This document shows positions 27,663-37,006 of a stretch of DNA of 64,000 nt, piece by piece (within the stretch, counting starts at the first letter, position 1; each line of letters starts with the position of its first letter). Source of the stretch: Thermomicrobiales bacterium (lineage in GTDB: Bacteria; Chloroflexota; Chloroflexia; Thermomicrobiales; UBA6265); assembly GCA_030447415.1 (NCBI GenBank), contig JAUJOZ010000010.1, positions 54,100 through 118,099 of the forward strand, written 5' to 3'. Position numbers and translations under genes: made by a program. The notes under the pieces were generated by a model that was not told the origin of the DNA, did not search any database, and was given only the letters and a program-made list of their open reading frames with translations.

Positions 27663-27670
27663 CACTCCAC
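27657..27670. repeat. IS630 right terminal inverted repeat
   Basis: Perfect inverse of 26418-26431, followed by TA. Confidence 0.9.
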
Positions 27671-27743
27671 TAGTGCTTCGTCAGGAGTGATTGGCTGGCC
27701 GGGGGGCCGGTGCCGAGCGGGGCTGCGCCGGGAGCGTGGGGCG

Positions 27744-28529
27744 TCACAGCACCGCCCAGGGCATCGCGTTCTCGTAGTAGCGCACCGGAACGCCCGGAAA
27801 CTGCTCGCGCACCTTCTGTGTGAGGCGGCGCATCGCCTCCAACTCCGTCGCGTGGTGGAAGGCGTCGATGACGGCCCAGCCTTCCTCCCGGGCCAGGCGC
27901 ACCACGCCATCGATCACGTCGCCGGCCATGATCTCGTCGAAGCCGAGGGGCGCCGCGCACGCCGCGCCGAGCCACTGCTGACCCAAGCCGCCCCAGGGCA
28001 CCGCGATCCGCCGGACCACCCGCCTCGGGTCGCCGTCGTAGCGTGCGAATGGCAGGCGGAGCTTAGCCTTCACCTCGCGGACCAGCACCTCAAGCGTGAC
28101 CGGCGGATGCTCCACGACCGGGATGCCCCGCGACCAGTCGATCTCGTACCGGGACCAGCCCAGTTCGTCCACCAGCGCCCGCGGCATCCCCCAGTCGGCC
28201 AGGTCGAGGTTGGAGTGAAATCGGTGGATGGCGATCCCGTGCCGGTGGCACAGCTCGGGGATGCGGCGGTTGGCCCGCAACGTCACCGGGGGCGGGATCT
28301 GTCCCCAAGGGTAGTCCACCGGCAGGTCGTAGAGGACGCGTTCGTGCGTGAGGCCCAGGGTGATGCCCCGACGCGCGAAGTCGTCGAGCAGCTCGCTGGT
28401 GATCCACCACGCCACTCCAATCCCGCGCACCGGCGCGTCACCGTCCCCCACCTCGAAGACGTTCTCGGTGCCGAAACTGGGATTGGGCGCGATCTGCCAG
28501 ACGAAATCGACGACGTCTTGCGCCTTCAC
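27744..28529 (-). CDS. Nif3-like dinuclear metal centre protein (NIF3/DUF34 family)
   Basis: ORF 27744..28694; probable GTG start at 28529 (VKAQDVVDFV...). Family-like features include GLTHERVLY, AIHRFHSNLD and IDAFHHATE. Confidence 0.85.
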   Translation of the reverse strand: MKAQDVVDFVWQIAPNPSFGTENVFEVGDGDAPVRGIGVAWWITSELLDDFARRGITLGLTHERVLYDLPVDYPWGQIPPPVTLRANRRIPELCHRHGIAIHRFHSNLDLADWGMPRALVDELGWSRYEIDWSRGIPVVEHPPVTLEVLVREVKAKLRLPFARYDGDPRRVVRRIAVPWGGLGQQWLGAACAAPLGFDEIMAGDVIDGVVRLAREEGWAVIDAFHHATELEAMRRLTQKVREQFPGVPVRYYENAMPWAVL

Positions 28530-28996
28530 GTGCCGTGCCCCCCGCGACCATGGCAGCCCGCGTCCCGGCGAACCCGTGGCCCCGTATCGGGCCGGGTGGC
28601 CGCCGCCGGCACCGGTGCAAGGATTCGCGGCTTCGCCCGGCAGTTGACGCTTGACGAACCACCAGGACAGATCTCTTGTCAGCGTGAGACGCACGGGCGG
28701 GGCCGTCTAGTCCCGTCCGCGTCACGCTAATAATTTGCCTGCTGATCGTGGAGCCGGACGCACGAGTCGCCCCGCTGGCAACAGCAGATAGTCGCCGGGG
28801 AACCCGCCCCAGGGCACCAACGCCACAAGGCCGACGGATTTCGGCCCAGCGTTTGGAACAACTCATCCAGCCGCGTTCAGGGAGCGTCGGGAGATGAGCA
28901 CGGGCAGGGGGCCGCGCCGTCGTGCATCCTCCATTCCTTTGCCGAATCGGATGGGGCGGGCGAAGGCGCGCTTCGCCCGCCCCGCTGGAGCCCCGG

Positions 28997-30280
28997 CTAC
29001 GCCGGTGGAATCTCCTTCGGCACAACGATCTTGATCAACGTCGGCTTCTGGTCGACGACCTGGACGAGGGCCACTGACTTGGAGGGGATCCGGATGCCCG
29101 GCTGGTACGAGATCGTGCCGGTGGCGCCCTGGAAGTTCTGCGTCGCCGCCAGCGCGTCTCGGATCTTCTCCCCCTCCAGGTTACCGGCGCGGTTGATGGC
29201 GTCGGCCATCAGCTTGATGGCGTCGTAGCCGAGGGCGGCGAAGACCGCCTCCGGCTCCCGGCCGTACCGTTGCTGGTAGGCGGTCTTGAAGTTCTTCGCC
29301 GCGGGGTCATCGCCGTAAATCCCCTGGTGGGTGGTGAAATAGACTTCCCGCGTCGCGGCCCCCGCCAGCTCGACCAGGAGCGGCGTGTCGTACCCATCCC
29401 CGCCCAGAATCGGCAGCTCGATGCCGAGGTCGCGAGCCTGCTTGACGATCGTCCCGATCTCGCCCGGGTTCGAAGAGATGAAGAGGAAGTCGGGCTGCGG
29501 GTTGAGGTTCTTGAACTCGGTCAGCTGGGACGAAAAGTCGGTGTCGCCCATCTGATATGACCGCTGGTTAACAATCTGGCCCCCAATGTCCTCGGCGGTG
29601 AAGCGGGTTTCAAAGTACGCCGCCAGGAACTTGGTGTAGTCCATCGCCTCGTCGAGCAGCAGGCCACAGGTCTTCCAGCCCTTCTCCTGAGCGAACTCGG
29701 CGGCGACCGCGGCCTGGACGTTGTCACCGAAGGGCAGCATGAAGATGAAATCGCCGATGTCGGTGATGATCGGCGCGGTGCCCGCGACGTCAATGAACGG
29801 GATTCCTGCTTCCTGCGCCACCGGTCCCGCGGCGAGCATGTAGGTCGTGTCGCTCAAGCCGACGAGGGCGATGACCTTGTCCTCCTCGACCAACCGCTGC
29901 GTGATGCTGGTGATCGTCGTCGTCTCGCTCTTGCCGTCGTAGACCCGCAGCTCGACCGGCCGCCCCAGGATGCCGCCCGCGGCATTGAGCTCTTCCGCCG
30001 CCAACTGCGAGCCGTCCCGGGCCGGGTTGTCGATCGAGGCGTAGCCACCGGTCAGGTTGTAGGGGCAGCCGATGAGCACCGGCTCGCCGGTCGGCGCCGC
30101 TCCCTGTGCCCGCGCCCCCGGTGCCACCCGCAGCATGGCCGCGACCATCGGCGCCGAGACGCCGAGCGCCGCCGCGCGCCGCACGATCTGCCGCCGGTTC
30201 AGCCGCCCGTCCATCGCGCTCCGAATCAACGCTGAAACGGGAGACGTCGTCTCCTCACCACGTTCGCGTCCGTCGCTCAT
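28997..30280 (-). CDS. branched-chain amino acid type (LivJ/K-like, PBP1) ABC substrate-binding protein, TAT-like signal
   Basis: ATG 30280 after GGAGGAGGA. Signal RLNRRQIVRRAAALGVSAPMVAA. Body GCPYNLTGGYASIDNPARDG...ELNAAGGILGRPVEL. Confidence 0.9.
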   Translation of the reverse strand: MSDGRERGEETTSPVSALIRSAMDGRLNRRQIVRRAAALGVSAPMVAAMLRVAPGARAQGAAPTGEPVLIGCPYNLTGGYASIDNPARDGSQLAAEELNAAGGILGRPVELRVYDGKSETTTITSITQRLVEEDKVIALVGLSDTTYMLAAGPVAQEAGIPFIDVAGTAPIITDIGDFIFMLPFGDNVQAAVAAEFAQEKGWKTCGLLLDEAMDYTKFLAAYFETRFTAEDIGGQIVNQRSYQMGDTDFSSQLTEFKNLNPQPDFLFISSNPGEIGTIVKQARDLGIELPILGGDGYDTPLLVELAGAATREVYFTTHQGIYGDDPAAKNFKTAYQQRYGREPEAVFAALGYDAIKLMADAINRAGNLEGEKIRDALAATQNFQGATGTISYQPGIRIPSKSVALVQVVDQKPTLIKIVVPKEIPPA

Positions 30281-30406
30281 CGCACGCTCCTCCTCCGAAC
30301 GTTCCTCGACGTTCCTGTCGTCTGTTCCACCGATGCCGTGCCCGCGCCCCAGGAGCATGATCCAAGCGGCGGGCCTCACGCTTGGCAGTCGGCCTCAGCC
30401 GGTATC

Positions 30407-31612
30407 CTACCGCGTCTGGCTGCGCTCGTCGTTCGGCGCCGCGCCAACGTCCGCAGCCAGCGGAGGTGTCGTCTCAGCGGCGGCAGCCGTCCGGCCCCGG
30501 CCAAGCCCACGGCGGGATAGGACGCCGAGGCCGACTTCGCGGTCGCCGAAGAGGCCCTGCGGCCGGAAGACCATAACCAGGATGAAGCCAACGGCGAGGA
30601 TGATCTGCGACAGGCCGTAGAGCGCCCCGAAGGAGAGCGGGCCCAGATCCATTCCGTCCTCGACGTCGCGCAGGTACTCCGGCGCCAGGGTCAGGATCGC
30701 CGCGCCGACGACGGCGCCGCTGACGCTACCGATGCCACCGAGGACGACCATGATGATGACCGCGAAGGTGGTCGCGAACGAGAAGGCGTTGGGCGCCACG
30801 GTGCCGATCTGATGGGCCTGCAGCGCCCCCGCCACCCCCGTGAAGAAGGCGCCGACGACGAAGGCAAGCAGCCGCGAGCGCAGCACGTCGACGCCGACCG
30901 CCCGCGCGGCAATCAGGTTCTCGCGGGAAGCGATCATCGCCCGGCCGTAGGGAGAGCCGCGCAGTCGCCAGGCCGCGTAGACGGTGAGCACCGCCCAGGC
31001 GTACGCCGCCCAAACGCTCGTGTGACGCGGGATCTGGGCTAGACCCCGGGCGCCGCGGGTGACGCCATCCCAATTCACGGCGACCTGGTTGACGATGATC
31101 AGCAGGCCCATGGTGGCGACCGCCACGTAGTGCCCCGACAGCCGCATCAAGGGAATGCCGACGACGAAGGCCACCACGGCCGCGAGTCCGCCGCCGGCGA
31201 GGCAGGCGGCGAGCAACGCCAGCCCCCCGGGCCACCCGGACAGGTCGAGGGTCGCCAGCCAGGTCGGTAACTCCGGCAGCAAGGTGCGCCCCTTCCACTG
31301 GGGCGGCAGCGTCATCAGCGCTCCAACATAGGCGCCGATAGCCAGGAACGCGATCTGACCAAGCGAAAAGACGCCGGTGAAGCCGCTGGTCAGCGTCAGG
31401 CTGACGGCGACGATGGCGTTGATGGCCACCAGGGTCACGAGCTGCTGGCGATAGGCGTTGAATGCGGTGTCGGCGTAGAGGAGGAAGAGGACGAGCAGCC
31501 CCAAGGCGAGCGCGATCGTGACCAGCTGACCCCAGGCGCCGATCCCACGGCGGCGAACGGCGACACCTGATGGAGGCGGCAAGGGGCGCGCTTGACCCGT
31601 GGTGGCCATCAA
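30407..31612 (-). CDS. branched-chain amino acid ABC transporter permease (LivM type)
   Basis: 401-aa polytopic ORF with GQIAFLAIGAY, ENLIAARAVGVDV and GGIGSVSGAVVGA. Overlaps the upstream permease gene by 4 nt. Confidence 0.9.
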   Translation of the reverse strand: MMATTGQARPLPPPSGVAVRRRGIGAWGQLVTIALALGLLVLFLLYADTAFNAYRQQLVTLVAINAIVAVSLTLTSGFTGVFSLGQIAFLAIGAYVGALMTLPPQWKGRTLLPELPTWLATLDLSGWPGGLALLAACLAGGGLAAVVAFVVGIPLMRLSGHYVAVATMGLLIIVNQVAVNWDGVTRGARGLAQIPRHTSVWAAYAWAVLTVYAAWRLRGSPYGRAMIASRENLIAARAVGVDVLRSRLLAFVVGAFFTGVAGALQAHQIGTVAPNAFSFATTFAVIIMVVLGGIGSVSGAVVGAAILTLAPEYLRDVEDGMDLGPLSFGALYGLSQIILAVGFILVMVFRPQGLFGDREVGLGVLSRRGLGRGRTAAAAETTPPLAADVGAAPNDERSQTR

Positions 31613-32505
31613 ATCTTCTCCGGCTCGGTCGACCCGAGGATACCCTGCGGCCGGAAGAGGAGGATCGCGATCAGCCCGGTGAAGATAAAGGCGTCGCGGT
31701 AGCTCGTGAGGTCGCCCGGCAGCAGGGCGACGAGGAAGATCTCGCCAAACCCGAGGACGTAAGCGCCGATCACCGCGCCCGGGATCGAGCCGAACCCGCC
31801 GATGACGGTGGCGACGAACGCCTTGAGGACGGGAATGAACCCCATGAAGGGCTCGATCCGCCCGACGCGTGCCCCCCAGAGGAGGGCCGCGACCCCGGCC
31901 AGCCCCGAGCCGATGACGAACGCGGCGACGATGACGGTGTTGACGTTGATCCCCATCAGTTGCGCCGCGGTCAGGTTCTCGGCCGCCGCCCGCATCGAAA
32001 CGCCGAGCTGGGTGCGCGTCACGAAGAGGGTCAGCAGCGCCATCAGCGCGAGCGCCGTGCCGATGGTCACGAGGTTGGTGACGCTGGTTTGGACGCCGCC
32101 GCCGAGGTCTTGCTGCCGCCCCAGGAGCGATGGCGTCGGAAACCGCTTCGGCTGGGCGTCGAAGACGAGGAGCGCCACGTTCTGGAGGGCGATGGAGACG
32201 CCGAGCGACGTCAGGAGCAGCGCCACGTCGGGGGCGCCGCGCACCGGGCGGTACGCCACCCGCTCCATGATTACGCCGATGCCGACCGTGGTCACCACCG
32301 CGAGAACCGCGACGACGCCGAACGGGAGCCCACGATCGGCGTAGAAGTAGGTGGCGAAGGCGCCGAGCATCAGCACCTCGCCGTGGGCGAAATTGATCAG
32401 TCGCAGAATGCCGAACACGATCGCCAATCCGACGGCCACCAGGGCGTAGATACTGCCCAAGCTCATCGCATTGACGAACTGCTGACCGAACTCGACACCG
32501 CTCAC
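31609..32505 (-). CDS. branched-chain amino acid ABC transporter permease (LivH type)
   Basis: Probable GTG start at 32505, 11 nt after AGGAGG (VSGVEFGQQFVNAMSLGSIYALVAVG...). The ORF track extends it to 32622. Confidence 0.9.
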   Translation of the reverse strand: MSGVEFGQQFVNAMSLGSIYALVAVGLAIVFGILRLINFAHGEVLMLGAFATYFYADRGLPFGVVAVLAVVTTVGIGVIMERVAYRPVRGAPDVALLLTSLGVSIALQNVALLVFDAQPKRFPTPSLLGRQQDLGGGVQTSVTNLVTIGTALALMALLTLFVTRTQLGVSMRAAAENLTAAQLMGINVNTVIVAAFVIGSGLAGVAALLWGARVGRIEPFMGFIPVLKAFVATVIGGFGSIPGAVIGAYVLGFGEIFLVALLPGDLTSYRDAFIFTGLIAILLFRPQGILGSTEPEKI

Positions 32506-32792
32506 CGCGTCATGCGCCTCCTGGTCGTCACGGTTCCCGCACCCTGGTATCGCCACCGTGCTGATCCATTGTCGCGGGGGGCCCTGTGTCCATCCATGCC
32601 GAGTCGCGCGAGCCGCCGTCACCCATCAGGGTGACGAGCATTCCATTCAGTGGGTCACCGCGTGGCGCACCGCCGCGGTCGGCCACCCACGGCGGCCCCG
32701 CGGACCGCGGGCGAAACGTCCGGACGATACCCGTCCCTCCCCAAACCACGGCGGTATGCGCCCCACACCACGCACGCCACATCCCACACCCA

Positions 32793-33497
<705 letters not shown>

Positions 33498-33580
33498 AGC
33501 GCGCTCCGTACGGAGAGAGCAGACGGCGGAAGAAGCAACCGCCCACTCGGCACCGTCAACCTTGACGAACCGGCCATGGA

Positions 33581-34462
33581 CTACGTCTGCGCCTCCTTCG
33601 GTGCCGTCTGCTCTCTGCCGTCTGCCGACTCATCGGCGCCAAGATAGGCCTCGATCACCTTCGGATTGGCGCGGATCTCGGCCGGGGAGCCGGCGGCGAT
33701 GACGCGGCCGTAGTTCAGCACTTGGATCCGCTCGCACAAGCGCATGATGAGCGCCATGTCGTGCTCGACGACGACGACGGTCAGGCCGAAGCGGCCATGG
33801 ATCTCGCGGATGAAGTCGGTCAGCTCGGCCGTCTCCTGAGCGTTCATTCCGGCCGCCGGCTCATCCAGCAGGAGGACCTGCGGCTCGGTCGCCAGGGCGC
33901 GGGCGATCTCCAGCTTGCGTTGGAACCCGTACGGCAGCGACGTCGCAAAGGCGTCGGCAAAGGCGGCGAGGCCGAGCGACTCCAGGTGCGCCATCGCCCG
34001 CTCCTCAAGCGCCCGCTCCTTCCGTCGGAATGACGGCGCGGTGGCAAGCGTTTCCCAGAAACCGGCCCGGCCGTGGAGTTGCTGCGCCGTCTTGACGTTG
34101 TCAAGGGCAGTCATTCGGGTGAAGAGTCGGATGTTCTGGAACGTGCGGGCGATCCCTAACCCGGCGATCCGGTCCGGCGCCATGCCTGTGATATCGCGAT
34201 CTTGGAACCTGATCCGACCCGACGTCGGTGGCAAGAAGCCGGTGACGACGTTGAACAGGGTCGTCTTGCCCGCGCCGTTCGGCCCGATCACCCCCAGAAT
34301 TTCGCCTCGTCGCAGGTCGAGCTCGTAGTCGGCCAGCGCCTGTAATCCGCGGAAGGCGCGACCAACCCCCGACGCGCGGAGGACCGTCTCGCTCAACGAC
34401 GCGGCAGAAGATGCACCGTCGGCGGCAACGGCGCTCGTCAACGTCCCGGCCCGTGGTCCCAA
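33581..34462 (-). CDS. ABC transporter ATP-binding protein (LivG type)
   Basis: [35 protein letters not shown], and the C-terminal LivG-type extension. Confidence 0.93.
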   Translation of the reverse strand: MGPRAGTLTSAVAADGASSAASLSETVLRASGVGRAFRGLQALADYELDLRRGEILGVIGPNGAGKTTLFNVVTGFLPPTSGRIRFQDRDITGMAPDRIAGLGIARTFQNIRLFTRMTALDNVKTAQQLHGRAGFWETLATAPSFRRKERALEERAMAHLESLGLAAFADAFATSLPYGFQRKLEIARALATEPQVLLLDEPAAGMNAQETAELTDFIREIHGRFGLTVVVVEHDMALIMRLCERIQVLNYGRVIAAGSPAEIRANPKVIEAYLGADESADGREQTAPKEAQT

Positions 34463-34483
34463 TGCCCAGCTCCCGTCTACGGT

Positions 34484-35875
34484 CTAGTACTTCGCCAGGT
34501 GCTGCGCCAGCTCGTACGCCTCCGGCTCTCCTCGGAAGGCGTCGGCCTCCGAGCGGCGGACCAGAGCGTAACCGTGGGCCAGCATCTCATCCATCGCGTT
34601 GGTCAGCACCTCGTCGGCCGCCAGGTTATCCAGCGCATCGTCGAGCGAGGCCGGGAGTCGACGGTAGCCGCGCGCCTCCCGCTCCGCGTCGGAGAGGAGG
34701 CCCGGATCCACGTCGAGGGGCGGACCAGGATCCAGCGACCGCTCGATGCCGTCGAGGCCGGCCGTCAGAATCGCGCCGAAGGCGAGATAGGGATTGCAGG
34801 TGTTGTCGACCGTTTTCAACTCGACGTTGGTCGTCCCCTGCTCGCGCCCCCAGAAGGCCGACGGCACCCGCACGGCCGCTTCGCGGTTGTCGAAGCCGTA
34901 GCACACGAAGGCCGAGGCCCACGCGTGCGGCTGCAGGCGGCGGTAGGAGTTGACCGTTGGGCAGGTGATGGCGGTCAGTGCCGGCAGGTGCTCCAGCACG
35001 CCGGCGACGAACCCCCTCCCCATCTCGCTCAGCCCGTAGGGGCGGGAGGCCGGGTCGTAGAGGAGGTTCTCTCCCGTCACGGTGTCCCAGAGCGACAGGT
35101 GGACGTGGGCGCCGGAACCGATCTGCTCCGGGAACGGCTTGGCGGCAAAGGAGGCGATCAGGCCATGACGGGCGGCGACGGCCCGTGCCGTCTCCCGGAC
35201 TCGGATCTGGTTGTCCGCGGCGCGCAGGGCCGGCGCGTGCCGGATTGAGATCTCCTGCTGCCCGGCGCCGTATTCGGGCAACGCTTGTTCAGGTTGGATG
35301 CCCTGTGTCTCAAGTGCGGCCAGAAACTCGTCCGTGAATGCGGCCTGGGCATCCATGCCGACGGTGCTGAAGCAGAGTGACTGGTCGGCCGGCACGACCG
35401 TGCCGTCGACCTGCCGCGCCAGGAAGAACTCGTGCTCGAACACCGCCTCCACGCGGATCCGTCGCGCCGCCGCCCGCTCGAGCGTCCGGCGCAGGAACGA
35501 GCGTGGGCACGCCTGCCACGGCTCGCGGTCGAGCCGCAGCAGGTCACACATCATGCTCCCGGTGCGCGGGACGTAGGGGAGGACGACGAAGGACTCCGGG
35601 TCCGGCACGAGCCGCACCTCTCCCACCGCCGTCATCCCCGGTACGGCTTGGAGCTGGTCGAGGGCGTTCATCGCCATTTGCGCCTGGGTCAGGGCGATCC
35701 CCTCCTCCAGCCGGTTGCGCAGGTGGGTGGCGTGGGTGGCCTTGCCGCGAACGATGCTGCCGTAATCGCAGTAGAGGAAACGCACCAGGCGCAGATCCGC
35801 CACAGCCACCTGGTTCAGCACCGCCTCCGCGGCGGGTGTCGAAGCAGTCGGCACGGAGCTCATGTCGATCGTCAT
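34484..35875 (-). CDS. glutamine synthetase family protein (GlnA/PuuA-like gamma-glutamyl ligase)
   Basis: ATG 35875 lies 8 nt after AGGAG. Contains VRFLYCDYGSIVRGK, FEHEFFL, GSGAHVHLSLW, NSYRRL and the RVP..... element. Confidence 0.9.
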   Translation of the reverse strand: MTIDMSSVPTASTPAAEAVLNQVAVADLRLVRFLYCDYGSIVRGKATHATHLRNRLEEGIALTQAQMAMNALDQLQAVPGMTAVGEVRLVPDPESFVVLPYVPRTGSMMCDLLRLDREPWQACPRSFLRRTLERAAARRIRVEAVFEHEFFLARQVDGTVVPADQSLCFSTVGMDAQAAFTDEFLAALETQGIQPEQALPEYGAGQQEISIRHAPALRAADNQIRVRETARAVAARHGLIASFAAKPFPEQIGSGAHVHLSLWDTVTGENLLYDPASRPYGLSEMGRGFVAGVLEHLPALTAITCPTVNSYRRLQPHAWASAFVCYGFDNREAAVRVPSAFWGREQGTTNVELKTVDNTCNPYLAFGAILTAGLDGIERSLDPGPPLDVDPGLLSDAEREARGYRRLPASLDDALDNLAADEVLTNAMDEMLAHGYALVRRSEADAFRGEPEAYELAQHLAKY

Positions 35876-36152
35876 GGCAGCGGCTCCTGGGTGAGCGGTC
35901 GGCAGCAGCGATCGACGATCAGCCGCAGATGGGAGGACCCAGTACCCGGACGAAAAATCCAATGACCCGATGCCAATGCCACCGCACGATCCAGACGGGC
36001 CGCGTGCCTTCCCGAGCTGACGGTCGCTCGCTGATGGCTAACCGCTCGGGGCCCGCCCGCTTGCCGGCCGGCCACGGGTCGGTGACACTGGCCAGACCTG
36101 GGACGCGAAGTGGCGCGTAGCTTACCGCAAGAGCGGGCCAACACGGGGGCGG

Positions 36153-36803
36153 GTGACGGTGACGGGTGCGAAACACATGTGGCTGGTGGTCGCCGCCATC
36201 TCGCTGGCGGTGGCGCTCGTGTTGGTCGGCGGGAGGCGCGCGGGCACGACGGCGGCCGGGTTGCGCCAGGCGACGGCCGACACCGGCACCGTGGTCCCCG
36301 ACCCAGTCGAGTGTGACATCGAGCCGCGGCAGCTGCCCCTCTTCGATGAGACACCGGTGGCAGGCGAATCGGGTGCCGACCCGAGTCCGACCCCGTTCGT
36401 CATCCCCGACGGCGAGCGCGCCGACGAGGCAACGGTGGACGCCATCACTGAGGCGGTGCGAGGCTCGCTCGCCTGCCGCAACGCCGGGGACTACCTGCGA
36501 GCCTACGCCTACTTTAGCGACCGGTTCCTGCACGACCTCATCGGCGGTCCGGCGGGGGTCGACGCGGCACTGATGGCGTTTCTGACCGAGTCCCCAACCC
36601 CGGTGGCCGAGCCGGAGCGACTGACGCTGGTCGACGTGTCGGAGGTGCGGCGGCTCGCCGACGACCGGGTTGGCGCCATCGTCGTCACCCGCAGCGCCGA
36701 CGAGGCCTACGCCGATTACCTCTTCTTCGTCGAGGCCGACGACGGCTGGCTGATCGACGACCGGGTCTTCCTGTCGGACAAGGATTTCCCGCCGGCGCCG
36801 TAG
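36153..36803 (+). CDS. hypothetical membrane-anchored/secreted protein
   Basis: 216-aa ORF with N-terminal TM segment MWLVVAAISLAVALVLVGG and high GC3. No family recognised. Confidence 0.65.
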   Translation: MTVTGAKHMWLVVAAISLAVALVLVGGRRAGTTAAGLRQATADTGTVVPDPVECDIEPRQLPLFDETPVAGESGADPSPTPFVIPDGERADEATVDAITEAVRGSLACRNAGDYLRAYAYFSDRFLHDLIGGPAGVDAALMAFLTESPTPVAEPERLTLVDVSEVRRLADDRVGAIVVTRSADEAYADYLFFVEADDGWLIDDRVFLSDKDFPPAP

Positions 36804-37006
36804 GCGACTCCGCTACACAGTAAGCCGGGAGCGGGGACAGCGGTTCGCCACGGGCGATGCACGCTCTGGTGGACGACCGGTCTCAGCGCCTGCCCTCGTC
36901 GTCCCGGCCGTCGAGGGCGGACGCCAGGCCGCCGACCGCGTACCATGTGGCCATCATGATCGCGCCCGCGTCGGCGCGCCTGACCCCACCGACGAAGGAG
37001 CCTCCC

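Larger units (their letters stand above)
26418..27670 (+). mobile_element. IS630-family insertion sequence (1253 bp) flanked by a TA target duplication
   Basis: Perfect 14-bp inverted repeats GTGGAGTGTCAGCC (26418-26431) and GGCTGACACTCCAC (27657-27670). TA is present on both sides (26416-17 and 27671-72). An IS630/Tc1-type transposase lies inside. Confidence 0.9.

Noticed and set aside
26682-27665. 327-aa minus-strand ORF inside IS630
   Set aside because: It is antisense to the recognisable IS630 transposase fragments.
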